In this document: positions 26,800 through 35,597 of the stretch, in pieces
Layout of the letters: each line of letters begins with the position of its first letter
Position numbering within the stretch: the stretch's first letter is position 1
NCBI GenBank assembly: GCA_050742535.1
Contig: JBOGIQ010000001.1
Coordinates: 50 to 64,049, forward strand
Direction of reading: 5' to 3'
DNA length: 64,000 nt
Source of the DNA: Vicinamibacterales bacterium
GTDB taxonomy: Bacteria > Acidobacteriota > Vicinamibacteria > Vicinamibacterales > UBA2999
Notes under the pieces: model-generated
What the model was told of the DNA's origin: nothing
The model's input: the letters and a program-made list of their open reading frames with translations, nothing else
The model's database searches: none
Program-made: the position numbers and the translations under genes

Positions 26800-28759
26800 G
26801 CAGGAACAGTTTCTTCAGGTCCTCGACCGCGACGAGGCGGAGCAGCGGTTCCGGGCGGCGCTGGATCTGACGCCGCGTGGCGTCGAGCGGATTCCGCTGG
26901 ATGCGGCGCTGGGCCGTGTGCTCGCCGCCGACGTCCTGGCGCCGGTCGACGTTCCCTCCTTCGATCGCTCCAACGTCGACGGCTTCGCCGTTGTTGCCGA
27001 AGATACGTTCGGCGCGTCCGAGGAGATGCCGCGTTCCGTGCGGCTCGTGGACGAACATATTCACACCGGGATCGTACCGGCGGCGGCGATCCACGGCGGC
27101 GACGCGGCGGCGATCGCCACCGGTGGGATGATGCCGCGCGGCGCCGACGCCGTCGTGATGGTCGAGTACGCGGAGGCGCGATCGGGCACGTTGCGGATTG
27201 CCCGCGCCGTCACGGCCGGCAGCGGCGTGTCGTTCGCCGGAACCGACATCACGGCGGGCGAGACGGTGCTGCGCCAGGGTCAGCTCCTCACCAGCCGCGA
27301 CACCGGCGTGCTGGCGGCGATTGGTGTGTTCGAGGTGGACGTGTGGCGCAAGCCCGTCGTGGCGGTTCTCTCGACCGGCGACGAGATCATCCCGCCCGGG
27401 CAGCCGATGGAGCCGGCGCGCGTCTACGACTCGAACGCACAGGTGCTCGCCGACGCCATTCGCGAAGCCGGCGGCGAGCCGGCGCGGCTGGGGATCGTTC
27501 GCGACGAGGAGAGCGCGCTGCGTGGGCATCTGCGCCAGGCGCTCGAGTTCGCCGACATCGTTCTGCTCTCCGGCGGCACCAGCAAGGGCGCCGGCGACGT
27601 GTCCTACCGCGTCGTCTCCGAGCTTGGCGATCCGGGAGTGGTCGCGCACGGCGTCGCACTCAAGCCGGGGAAGCCGATCTGTCTGGCCGCAACCGGTGGG
27701 CGCGCCGTCGTCGTGCTTCCCGGTTTTCCCACGTCGGCCATCTTCACGTTCCACGAGTTCGTGGCGCCGGTGATTCGCATGCTGGCGGGCCGCGATGCCG
27801 AAGAGCGCACGGTGGTGCCGGCGCGGCTGGCCGTGAAGGTGAACAGCGAGATCGGTCGCACGGAATACCTGCTCGTCGGCCTGGTGCAGGCGCCGGACGA
27901 TGATGTTGCTGCCGGCGACACCCGTGGCGTCCGGCTTCAGCCGGATAACCGAACATCGTTGATCGCCTATCCGATGGGCCAGGGCTCCGGCAGCGTGACG
28001 ACGTTCAGCAGGGCAGACGGGTTCGCCACAATCGATCGGCATCAGGAGATCGTCGAGGCTGGCACTGTCGTCGACGTTCAGCTGCTGGGCCGCGACCTTC
28101 GGCTGGCGGACCTGGTGTGCATCGGCAGCCATTGCATCGGTCTGGACTACCTGCTCGGCGAGCTGCAGCGCCGCGGGGTGCGTTCGAAGTTCCTGGCGGT
28201 TGGCAGCACGGCAGGCCTCGACGCCGCCCGCCGCGGCGAGTGCGACATCGCCGGCGTCCATCTCCTCGATCCGGCGAGCGGCACGTACAACCGTCCGTTT
28301 CTGAGCGGCTGGCTCGAACTGATACCTGGCTACGGCCGGCTGCAGGGGATCGTGTTCCGCCGCGGTGACGGGCGTTTCGAGGGCCGCTCGGCCGCAGACG
28401 CGATTGCCGGCGCGACCAGCGAGCCCGATTGCGTGATGGTGAACAGGAATCAGGGGAGTGGCACGCGGGCGCTGATCGATCGCCTGCTTGGCGGCGCGCG
28501 GCCGCCGGGCTACGCCGTTCAGCCGCGCAACCACAACGCCGTTGCCGCGGCCGTACGGCAGGGGCGTGCCGATTGGGGTGTGACGCTCGACACCGTTGCG
28601 CACGGAGCCGGCCTCGGCTTCATTCCGGTTCAGCCCGAGCAATTTGATTTCATCGTGCCTCGCGCTCGCGTCCAACGCGAAGCGGTCGTTGCGTTCAAGC
28701 GGCTGCTGGAAGAGCCCGACGTTCGTCTGGCGCTGCAGCGGCTCGGGATGAACCTGTGA
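26792..28759 (+). CDS. MoeA-domain protein fused to a C-terminal periplasmic-binding-protein-like domain
   Basis: The N-terminal 420 aa are MoeA-like (VPSFDRSNVDGFAV, ATGGMMPRGADAVV). The C-terminal ~230 aa are substrate-binding-like (CIGSHCIGLDYLL...VNRNQGSGTR). Confidence 0.8.
   Translation: MPEQEQFLQVLDRDEAEQRFRAALDLTPRGVERIPLDAALGRVLAADVLAPVDVPSFDRSNVDGFAVVAEDTFGASEEMPRSVRLVDEHIHTGIVPAAAIHGGDAAAIATGGMMPRGADAVVMVEYAEARSGTLRIARAVTAGSGVSFAGTDITAGETVLRQGQLLTSRDTGVLAAIGVFEVDVWRKPVVAVLSTGDEIIPPGQPMEPARVYDSNAQVLADAIREAGGEPARLGIVRDEESALRGHLRQALEFADIVLLSGGTSKGAGDVSYRVVSELGDPGVVAHGVALKPGKPICLAATGGRAVVVLPGFPTSAIFTFHEFVAPVIRMLAGRDAEERTVVPARLAVKVNSEIGRTEYLLVGLVQAPDDDVAAGDTRGVRLQPDNRTSLIAYPMGQGSGSVTTFSRADGFATIDRHQEIVEAGTVVDVQLLGRDLRLADLVCIGSHCIGLDYLLGELQRRGVRSKFLAVGSTAGLDAARRGECDIAGVHLLDPASGTYNRPFLSGWLELIPGYGRLQGIVFRRGDGRFEGRSAADAIAGATSEPDCVMVNRNQGSGTRALIDRLLGGARPPGYAVQPRNHNAVAAAVRQGRADWGVTLDTVAHGAGLGFIPVQPEQFDFIVPRARVQREAVVAFKRLLEEPDVRLALQRLGMNL
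27929..27946. repeat. REP-type hairpin, family E
   Basis: GTCCGGCTTCAGCCGGAT, translated GVRLQPDN. Confidence 0.8.
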
Positions 28760-29394
28760 CCCTTCGACTCGCCCCCTCGGGGCTCGCTCAGGGCAGGCCC
28801 GCAGGAATCGTCCTGTGCGGCGGGAGGTCCACCCGCATGGGCGTTCCCAAGGCCACGCTGCCCTTCGGTCCCGAGACGATGCTGCAGCGGGTCGTCAGGC
28901 TTCTGGGAACGGTGGTCGATCCGATCGTGGTGGTCGGCGCCAGGGACCAGGAACTGCCGGCGCTGCCTCCCGCGGTGCTGATCACGCGCGACGAACGGGA
29001 CGCGCGCGGCCCGCTGGAAGGACTGCGCGCGGGCCTGCAGGCGTTACCCGCCGACGCGGATGCCGCGTACGCCACGAGCTGCGACGTTCCGTTGCTGGTG
29101 CCCGCGTTCGTGCGGCGCATGATCGAGTTGCTCGGGGACCACGACATCGCCGTCATCGCGATCGACGGCTTCACGCATCCGCTGTCGGCCGTCTATCGGA
29201 GGGCGACGCTGCCGCACATCGACGCGCTGCTCGCGCAGGATCGGCTGCGGCCCGCGTATCTGTTCGAGGCTGTCCGTACGCGGCGCGTTACGCCTGACGA
29301 GATGCGGGATGTGGATCCCGAGCTCCGCACGCTGCGGAACCTCAACACGCGCGAGGATTATCTGACGGCGCTCGCGGAGGCTGGCCTGTCGTAG
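28756..29394 (+). CDS. mobA: Molybdenum cofactor guanylyltransferase
   Basis: GIVLCGGRSTRMG and GPLEGLRAGL motifs. The GTGA overlaps the upstream gene. The stop TAG lies in the flank of the following repeat. Confidence 0.8.
   Translation: MTLRLAPSGLAQGRPAGIVLCGGRSTRMGVPKATLPFGPETMLQRVVRLLGTVVDPIVVVGARDQELPALPPAVLITRDERDARGPLEGLRAGLQALPADADAAYATSCDVPLLVPAFVRRMIELLGDHDIAVIAIDGFTHPLSAVYRRATLPHIDALLAQDRLRPAYLFEAVRTRRVTPDEMRDVDPELRTLRNLNTREDYLTALAEAGLS
28760..28799. repeat. Short dispersed repeat, family F
   Basis: CCCTTCGACTCGCCCCCTCGGGGCTCGCTCAGGGCAGGCC, translated LRLAPSGLAQGRP at the MobA N-terminus. Confidence 0.6.
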
Positions 29395-29459
29395 TGTCCG
29401 CCGTGGGGCGCGCCTTGTCAGGCGCGCCAGGCGGACGTGACAACGTCCGCCCCACGATC
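29390..29459. repeat. Family A flank (CGTAGT GTCCGCC) joined to a family B composite element
   Basis: CGTAGTGTCCGCC GTGG GGCGCGCC-TTGTCA-GGCGCGCC A GGCGGACG-TGACAA-CGTCCGCC CCACGATC. Confidence 0.85.
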
Positions 29460-29482
29460 GTTATTCGGTGTCCGTTTAGCGC

Positions 29483-30841
29483 TCATTGCGGCGGAAACGC
29501 CTGCCGTGCGCCGTCGACCACGAGCACGACGCCCTGCCGCATCACGAACCGCATCCGCTCGAGCACGGTCACGTCGTCGAGCGGGCTGCCGCTCACGGCG
29601 ATGATGTCCGCATCCTTCCCGGGCTCCAGCGATCCGATGCGGCTCGCGCGGTCGAGGAGCGTCGCCGCGTCGATTGTTGCCGCGCGGATCGCGGCCGCCG
29701 GCCTCATCCCCGCCTTGACGAGAAGAGCAAACTCCTTTGCGTTCTTCCCGTGATCCGATACGCCGGAGTCGGTGCCGAGCGCGATCTTGACGCCGTCGCG
29801 AATCGCCCTGGCGATATTCTCGCCGTGCGCGACGACGGCTTCCTCAGCCTTGGCCAGGGTGAGCGCGCTGCGTGCGCCGGCGCGCGCCTGCGCGAGCGCG
29901 GCATGAGGCGCGACCATCGTCGGCACGAGCCACGCCCCGGTCTGTTTGAACTGCGCGTTCGTCGCCGGACTGGTGAACGTGCCGTGCTCGATTGAATCCA
30001 CGCCGGCCTTCAGCGCGGCGGCGATGCCGTCTTCACCATGCGCGTGCGCGGCGACCTTTCGTCCAAACAGATGGGCCGTGTCGACAATGGCCTTCATCTC
30101 GTCGTCGAACAGCTGCTGACCCAGCCCGCCGGCGATGTTGCTGTTCACGCCGCCGGTGGCGGTGAACTTGATGACGTCGGCACCCTGCGAGATCTGATCG
30201 CGGACGGCGCGGCGGCAGTCGTCCGCGCCGCTGCACAAGTGGGTCGAGCGGGCGCGCCGCACCTCCGCAATGTCACGGTTCGTGTTGTTGGACGAATCGC
30301 CGTGCCCTCCCGGCCCGGAGATGCCGCGGCCGGCGGCGACGATGGTCGGCCCCGAGACGAGCCCGGCGAGGATTGCGTCGCGCAGGGCGGTGACGCTGTG
30401 GACGTCCGACCCGAGGTCGCGGACGGTCGTGAACCCGGCCTCGAGGGTGCGCCGGGCGTTGTCCACGCCAATCAGCAGCTCGTCTTCCACGTCTCGGTTA
30501 AGCAGTTCCAGCCTCGCGCGCATCTTGTCGTCGTCGCTGAAGATGTGCACGTGCGCGTCGATCATTCCCGGCAGCACGAAGTCCTTCTTCAGGTCAATCA
30601 GCCGTGCACCCGGCGCGGGCGCGACGAACCCGTCGCGAATGGAGTCGATCCGATTGTTCCTGACGACGACGGTAGACGGGCCGCGCGGCGCCTGGGCGGG
30701 ACGATCGAGCAGCGCTCCGGCGTGGATGTAGACGACGCGATCTGGCGGCGCCTGCGCACTCAGCCTGACCGTGTGCGCGCGCTCAGGCAGACCCGCCGCA
30801 ATGGCACTGGCGAGGACGATGCCCGGAAGTATTCTGCGCAT
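29483..30841 (-). CDS. Secreted amidohydrolase-family metallo-hydrolase
   Basis: Signal peptide. PGMIDAHVHI and the ...HAHG... metal-binding pattern are typical of the amidohydrolase superfamily. Confidence 0.8.
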   Translation of the reverse strand: MRRILPGIVLASAIAAGLPERAHTVRLSAQAPPDRVVYIHAGALLDRPAQAPRGPSTVVVRNNRIDSIRDGFVAPAPGARLIDLKKDFVLPGMIDAHVHIFSDDDKMRARLELLNRDVEDELLIGVDNARRTLEAGFTTVRDLGSDVHSVTALRDAILAGLVSGPTIVAAGRGISGPGGHGDSSNNTNRDIAEVRRARSTHLCSGADDCRRAVRDQISQGADVIKFTATGGVNSNIAGGLGQQLFDDEMKAIVDTAHLFGRKVAAHAHGEDGIAAALKAGVDSIEHGTFTSPATNAQFKQTGAWLVPTMVAPHAALAQARAGARSALTLAKAEEAVVAHGENIARAIRDGVKIALGTDSGVSDHGKNAKEFALLVKAGMRPAAAIRAATIDAATLLDRASRIGSLEPGKDADIIAVSGSPLDDVTVLERMRFVMRQGVVLVVDGARQAFPPQ

Positions 30842-31779
30842 CAGTAATTCTTGCGCAGATCCATCCCCTTATACAGGCTGGCGACCTCGTCGCCGTATCC
30901 GTTGAACATCTGCGTCCGCGTCGACCGGAAGAGCGACGGCAGACGCGCCTCGGTTGCCTGGCTGTGCCGCGGATGAGCGACAGTCGGGTTCACGTTGGAG
31001 TAGAAGCCGTAGGCTTCCGGCCAGTTGATCATCCATGACGTCTGCGGCTGCTTCTCGACGAAACGGATCCGGACGATGGACTTGATGCCCTTGAACCCGT
31101 ACTTCCAGGGCACCACCAGACGCAGCGGCGCACCGTTCTGGTTCGGCAGCACCTCCCCGTAGATACCGACGGCAAGAATGGTCAGCGGATGGAGCGCTTC
31201 ATCCAGCCGCAGGCCCTCGACGTATGGCCACTCGAGCACGTCGCTGCGCTGACCGCGCATCTGCCCCGTATCGTGGGCAGTGGTGAACTCGACGAATCGA
31301 GCCTTCGACGTCGGCTCCACTCGCTTGATCAGATTGGCGAGCGGGAAGCCGACCCAGGGAATCACCATCGACCAGCCTTCGACGCAGCGCATGCGATAGA
31401 TCCGGTCCTCGAGCGTTTCGCCTTTGAGGATGTCCTCGAGGTTCAGGCGGCCCCGTTTCGCGCACTCGCCGTCGATGGCCACGGTCCAGGGCTGCGGCGG
31501 ACGGTACCGTGGCGCGTAGACGGCCGGGTCGCTCTTATCCGTGCCGAACTCATAGAAGTTGTTGTAGGTGGTGACCTGCTCCCAGGTGTTGGGCTTTTCG
31601 GTCGTGCTCAGCGCGCTGCGGATGGTGGTGAGCTTGCGCCCGTGCGCCGCCGGCTGCTGGGCGGACACGGAATCGGCGAGCACGGTTGCGCCCCCCGCAA
31701 CCATCATGCTTTGCATGAACGACCGGCGGTTCAGATACACCCGGCGTGCGGTGATCTCCGAGCTGGGAATCCTTGCCAT
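30841..31779 (-). CDS. msrP: Protein-methionine-sulfoxide reductase catalytic subunit (YedY)
   Basis: Twin-arginine signal (NRRSFMQ). TTYNNFYEFGTDK, YRMRCVEGWSMVIPW and PLRLVVPWKYGFKGIKS motifs. Confidence 0.85.
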   Translation of the reverse strand: MARIPSSEITARRVYLNRRSFMQSMMVAGGATVLADSVSAQQPAAHGRKLTTIRSALSTTEKPNTWEQVTTYNNFYEFGTDKSDPAVYAPRYRPPQPWTVAIDGECAKRGRLNLEDILKGETLEDRIYRMRCVEGWSMVIPWVGFPLANLIKRVEPTSKARFVEFTTAHDTGQMRGQRSDVLEWPYVEGLRLDEALHPLTILAVGIYGEVLPNQNGAPLRLVVPWKYGFKGIKSIVRIRFVEKQPQTSWMINWPEAYGFYSNVNPTVAHPRHSQATEARLPSLFRSTRTQMFNGYGDEVASLYKGMDLRKNY

Positions 31780-31848
31780 GCTGCCTCCAGCCGTTTAGAC
31801 GCCGTCGGCGTCTATTTGTCCGGGGTCCCGTGCTATAAGGTGCGCGCC

Positions 31849-32490
31849 ATGCTCGTGAGCCGTTCCGTTCTCATTCTGCTGACGGTGACCCTGAGTGCTT
31901 CTCCGTTACAGGCTCAGGAGCCAGACGCATACAGTCAGCTCGTGGAACGGCTGAAATCCGGCGATCGCACGGTGGATTTTACCGAGTTGCGGATGGCTTT
32001 TACCGAGACGGCCAACTACAACGGGATGATGATGGGCGTCTACCGGCAGCTCTGGAACCCGCTCAACACAAAGGACTTCGAAGGCGCACTGAAGGTGGTC
32101 GACGTCGTGCTCCGAAGGAATTACGCGGAGCCGAACGCTCACATGGTGGCTGCGATTGCCCATTCCCAGCTTGGACGCCAGGAGGAGTCGCAGTTTCACC
32201 GTTTCGTTGCCGAGGGCCTGGTGCGGTCGATCATGTCGCAGGGTGACGGCAAGACGCAGGAGACCGCATACCAGGTGATCGACATCAGCGAGGAGTATGC
32301 GGTCTTCCGGATGATGGGTCTGACCCTGCGGTCACAAGGAGCCTCTGCACCGAAGGACGGAGAACCGATCGTCGATACGATGACCCTTCTCGACAATCGG
32401 ACGAAGGAAGAGCGGGTGATGTATTTCGCGGTGGAGAATCGCGCGTCGCTGGCGAAGAAGCGAGCCGCCGCGGCTCAGGCTCCCCGCTGA
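31849..32490 (+). CDS. Secreted hypothetical protein
   Basis: The ATG at 31849 gives a signal peptide (MLVSRSVLILLTVTLSASPLQAQ). The ORF codon usage looks coding. Family uncertain (possibly DUF4919-like). Confidence 0.5.
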   Translation: MLVSRSVLILLTVTLSASPLQAQEPDAYSQLVERLKSGDRTVDFTELRMAFTETANYNGMMMGVYRQLWNPLNTKDFEGALKVVDVVLRRNYAEPNAHMVAAIAHSQLGRQEESQFHRFVAEGLVRSIMSQGDGKTQETAYQVIDISEEYAVFRMMGLTLRSQGASAPKDGEPIVDTMTLLDNRTKEERVMYFAVENRASLAKKRAAAAQAPR

Positions 32491-32502
32491 CCGTCCTTGG
32501 TA

Positions 32503-32526
32503 CGTAGTGTCCGCCTTCAGGCGGAC
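32503..32526. repeat. REP-type hairpin, family A
   Basis: CGTAGT GTCCGCC TTCA GGCGGAC, between convergent gene ends. Confidence 0.85.
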
Positions 32527-32535
32527 GACGGGGTC

Positions 32536-33366
32536 TCAGTCTGGCGTTGGGCGTTCGACGCCCTCCACGACCAGAAACTCCACCGGCCCTGTCGTTGACT
32601 CCAGCTTCAGTCCGAGCTGCTCGTGGAGTGCGGCGAACAGCGTCGGCAGATTGTTGTCTGGTCCCGCCGCCGCCTGCAGACCCATGCGGGCGAACCGGAG
32701 GTCGAGGTCGTAAGTCCCGGTCAGCCCAGTGCGATCCACGACCATTCGTCCGGCGCTGCCGCCGAGCGATCCTGCCAGGTTCGCCAGACTTACGGCGCCG
32801 CCCTGGATGATCGAACCGGTCGCGTCTGTGAACATGGAGCGCATGCCGCACACCATGAGCTCGCCGGCCTGCGGCGGCGGAATCGTAACCCCGGGCCCAC
32901 CGGAGACGCCCCCCTCCCGGCACTCGCTGGACAGCTTCAGATTTGGGCCGAGACGCCGGTCCGACCGGGCCACGACCAGGGCGTAGATGGGCTGATCGCG
33001 CATTTCCATACGCGCCACGAGCCTGAACCGATCCGCAAGCAGCGCGCGCAGCATAAGTGAAAGCTGATTGTCCGGGGCGCCGGCCGGCGCGCGCGCGATG
33101 ACGTCGAACCGCTCGGAGTCCATCCACGAGGGTCCGCCAACGACGCGCTCGAGGCGCAGCCCGTACGCACTCGAGATCAGCATCCGTAGCGGATAGTTCG
33201 TGAACGTCATCGACCCATTGCCGAACCGGGCCGACTGGCTGCCAGCGCCCGTGTTCGGCCTCACCGACGCGACCTCGAACGCGGGGGCCGGAGACTGCGC
33301 CTGTCCAGCGATTGTCACGAGACGCCCGCTGGCCAGCAGGACTGTCAATGCGGCGATTCGACGCAT
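32536..33366 (-). CDS. TIGR03435-family secreted protein
   Basis: The ATG at 33366 gives a signal peptide, then PAFEVASVRPN. It ends VVDRTGLTGTYDLDLRF...EQLGLKLES...VEFLVVEGVERPTPD. Confidence 0.75.
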   Translation of the reverse strand: MRRIAALTVLLASGRLVTIAGQAQSPAPAFEVASVRPNTGAGSQSARFGNGSMTFTNYPLRMLISSAYGLRLERVVGGPSWMDSERFDVIARAPAGAPDNQLSLMLRALLADRFRLVARMEMRDQPIYALVVARSDRRLGPNLKLSSECREGGVSGGPGVTIPPPQAGELMVCGMRSMFTDATGSIIQGGAVSLANLAGSLGGSAGRMVVDRTGLTGTYDLDLRFARMGLQAAAGPDNNLPTLFAALHEQLGLKLESTTGPVEFLVVEGVERPTPD

Positions 33367-33416
33367 AGAGTCTCCGTGATGCCTTAGACGAGCGCCGCCG
33401 GTGCCGGTTGGTGCGG

Positions 33417-35258
33417 TCAGACTCCGCGCTGACGGTGATATTCCGCAACAAGCTCGTTGAGGCGGTTGCGGCTCAGTGAAGCCGCCGGGTCGTCCGGCAG
33501 CGGCGTAGTCAGGAAGCGCTCCGGCAGCGTGTCCTCCGCAGGCGTCCACCCGGCGAGAAGATTGAACCGGCGCTTGGCTGCGACGATGCGTTTGGCCGTC
33601 TCGCGGAGTTCGCCGGCCGTGGCATCCCATCCAGTGACGGCACGGAGCATCACGGCGGCTTCCGCGTAGAAATCCTCGAACACGCCGCGCAGGAACTTGC
33701 AGACGATGAGCGAGTCCATCAGCGCGGCCTTGTCCTCGGTCTCGATGGCGTGGCGGACCGCGTCGAGCGTCACGTTCCGGCGATCGACCTTGTCCGAGAA
33801 GTCCACCTCGTAGGCGCCGCTGCGGTTGTGGTCGGCGCCGCGCGGGCCGACGGCGAATCCAAGCGCCATCGTCTGCAGCGCCCGCGGTTCGTACCCGGGA
33901 ATCTCCAGCCCCTTGACCTGTGGGGCGATGGAGAGGCTGTCGTGCCCGATGGCCTGGGCGGCGCGGCGGCTGCCTTCGGCGAGCACGCGACCGATTCCCA
34001 TGCGCGACCCGATCAGCTCGATGGCTCGCAGCAGCGCGCCGCCGCTGCCGAAACGCAGCCACGGCTCGTCCAGCCATCCGCGCTCGACGCACTCCATCGC
34101 GAAGGCGATTGTTCCGCCCGCGCTGATCGTGTCGAGGCCGAGCTCGTCGCAGCGGCGGGATGCGCGCAGGACGACGTCGGGATCGCCGATGCCGCAGAGC
34201 GAACCGAGCGCGAACAGGCTCTCGTATTCGACGCGAACGCCGTCGTTCTGGTCCGCCTGAAGGCGGACACTACGGCCATCGTCGTTCCGGTCCGCCTGAA
34301 GGCGGACACTACGTACGCCGTCGTAGTGTCCGCCTTTAGGCGGACCCAACGAATAAATATGCTCACAGCCGATCGTGCACGTCACGCAGCTCTCGCGCGT
34401 CTTCGAGCGCGTCGCCGTCAGCTGCTCGGGCGAGAGATTGACGGCGTCCTCGAACGTGCCGCTCTGAAAGTTTCGCGTCGGCAGCGCGTTGAAGCGGTTG
34501 AATGTCAGGAGGTTGGTCGCCGTCCCGAGCTCGCGGTACTTCGCCGTCGCCGGGCCGAACGACCGCTTCGAGAGGTCGCGACTGAGGGCCGTCAGTTCCT
34601 GCGGATGGGCCCACTCGACGCGGAGCGTGCCGCGGACGGCAATCGCCTTGATGTTCTTCGCTCCGAGCACGGCTCCGCTTCCACCTCGTCCCGCGTGCCG
34701 GCCGTCGTGCGAGATGGTCGCGTACCGAACGAGCTGCTCGCCGGCTGGACCGATCGAGGCGACGCGGTACTCCGGACCAAGCTCGGCTCGCAGGCGAGAC
34801 TCGGTGTCCTGGCACGTCGCTCCGCGATACGCGGCTGCCGGTACAACACGCACCCGCGCCTGTTCCTCGCGTCCGTCCTGTTCGACGACGAGCACCGAGA
34901 GCTCTGCGGCGCGGCCGACGATCATCAACGCATCGCAGCCGCAGCGCTTTCCGGCCACCGCAAAGCCGCTGCTGGCCAGCGAGTCGTTGATTCGCTCGGT
35001 GAGCGGGCTCTTGCTGACGACGGCGAACTTGGCGGAGGTCGTCAAGGGGCTGCCCACAAGCGGGCTGAACGCGAACACGAGCGGGGCCTCAGGCGCCAGT
35101 GGATCGACGTTCGCCGCACCTTCGTCGAGCAGCAGCCGGACGCCAAGACCGCTGCCGCCGAGAAACTGACGGAGCGTCGCGTCGTCGAGAGGTACGCGCG
35201 TGGCCGAACCGGCCGTGACGTCTATGCGGAGGTAGGAGCCGTGGTAGCCATGAGGCAT
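33417..35258 (-). CDS. Aldehyde:ferredoxin oxidoreductase family (tungsto/molybdopterin) enzyme
   Basis: The translation from the ATG at 35258 begins MPHGYHGSYLRIDVT...; it contains GGSGLG, the AOR N-terminal domain, CVTCTIGCEHIY and VEYESLFALGSLCGI. It carries three family A hairpins in frame. Confidence 0.85.
   Translation of the reverse strand: MPHGYHGSYLRIDVTAGSATRVPLDDATLRQFLGGSGLGVRLLLDEGAANVDPLAPEAPLVFAFSPLVGSPLTTSAKFAVVSKSPLTERINDSLASSGFAVAGKRCGCDALMIVGRAAELSVLVVEQDGREEQARVRVVPAAAYRGATCQDTESRLRAELGPEYRVASIGPAGEQLVRYATISHDGRHAGRGGSGAVLGAKNIKAIAVRGTLRVEWAHPQELTALSRDLSKRSFGPATAKYRELGTATNLLTFNRFNALPTRNFQSGTFEDAVNLSPEQLTATRSKTRESCVTCTIGCEHIYSLGPPKGGHYDGVRSVRLQADRNDDGRSVRLQADQNDGVRVEYESLFALGSLCGIGDPDVVLRASRRCDELGLDTISAGGTIAFAMECVERGWLDEPWLRFGSGGALLRAIELIGSRMGIGRVLAEGSRRAAQAIGHDSLSIAPQVKGLEIPGYEPRALQTMALGFAVGPRGADHNRSGAYEVDFSDKVDRRNVTLDAVRHAIETEDKAALMDSLIVCKFLRGVFEDFYAEAAVMLRAVTGWDATAGELRETAKRIVAAKRRFNLLAGWTPAEDTLPERFLTTPLPDDPAASLSRNRLNELVAEYHRQRGV
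34251..34345. repeat. Three family A hairpins (two direct, one inverted) inside the AOR CDS
   Basis: GTCCGCC TGAA GGCGGAC ACTACG (34251-34274), the same again (34290-34313), then CGTAGT GTCCGCC TTTA GGCGGAC (34322-34345). Confidence 0.9.
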
Positions 35259-35259
35259 C

Positions 35260-35514
35260 TCAGCCTCCGGCGTCGGCGGACAGGATAAGCACGCAGTCAT
35301 CGGCGCCGAGCGGCGTCCCGGGGTCGCTGATGAATTCGTCGCCGTTGAGATTGGCCGCGAACGAGGGATGCAGGCGGTCGCCGGCGATAACCTCGGCGAG
35401 GGCAGGCAGCCGGCTGGAGAGCGTTTCCAGCAGCTGGCCCAGCGTCCGGGCTTCGACAACCATCTCGGCCACGCCAGCGCGCTGGCGTGGGACTCCCAGG
35501 AACTCGACGTACAT
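35260..35514 (-). CDS. MoaD/ThiS-family small sulfur-carrier-like protein
   Basis: The 84-aa ORF from the ATG at 35514 runs MYVEFLGVPRQRAG...ILSADAGG, with a C-terminal GG. The stop lies directly upstream of the AOR start. Confidence 0.7.
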   Translation of the reverse strand: MYVEFLGVPRQRAGVAEMVVEARTLGQLLETLSSRLPALAEVIAGDRLHPSFAANLNGDEFISDPGTPLGADDCVLILSADAGG

Positions 35515-35533
35515 CGCTTGGTCTATTGTCCTA

Positions 35534-35555
35534 GCTTCCGGCGTCGGCCGGAAGC
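35534..35555. repeat. Hairpin related to family E (GCTTCCGGC-GTC-GCCGGAAGC)
   Basis: Perfect 9-bp stem in the 83-bp divergent region between the MoaD-like gene and fdsB. Confidence 0.75.
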
Positions 35556-35597
35556 CACGTGATAGCATTGCAAAAAACCCAATGAATATTGAGAGTT

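Noticed and set aside
35515-35597. Molybdenum-cofactor riboswitch upstream of the MoaD-like/AOR or fdsB genes (also looked upstream of moeA)
   Set aside because: The gaps are only 83 bp and about 20 bp. That is too short for the roughly 130-nt Moco motif, and no conserved motif elements were seen.
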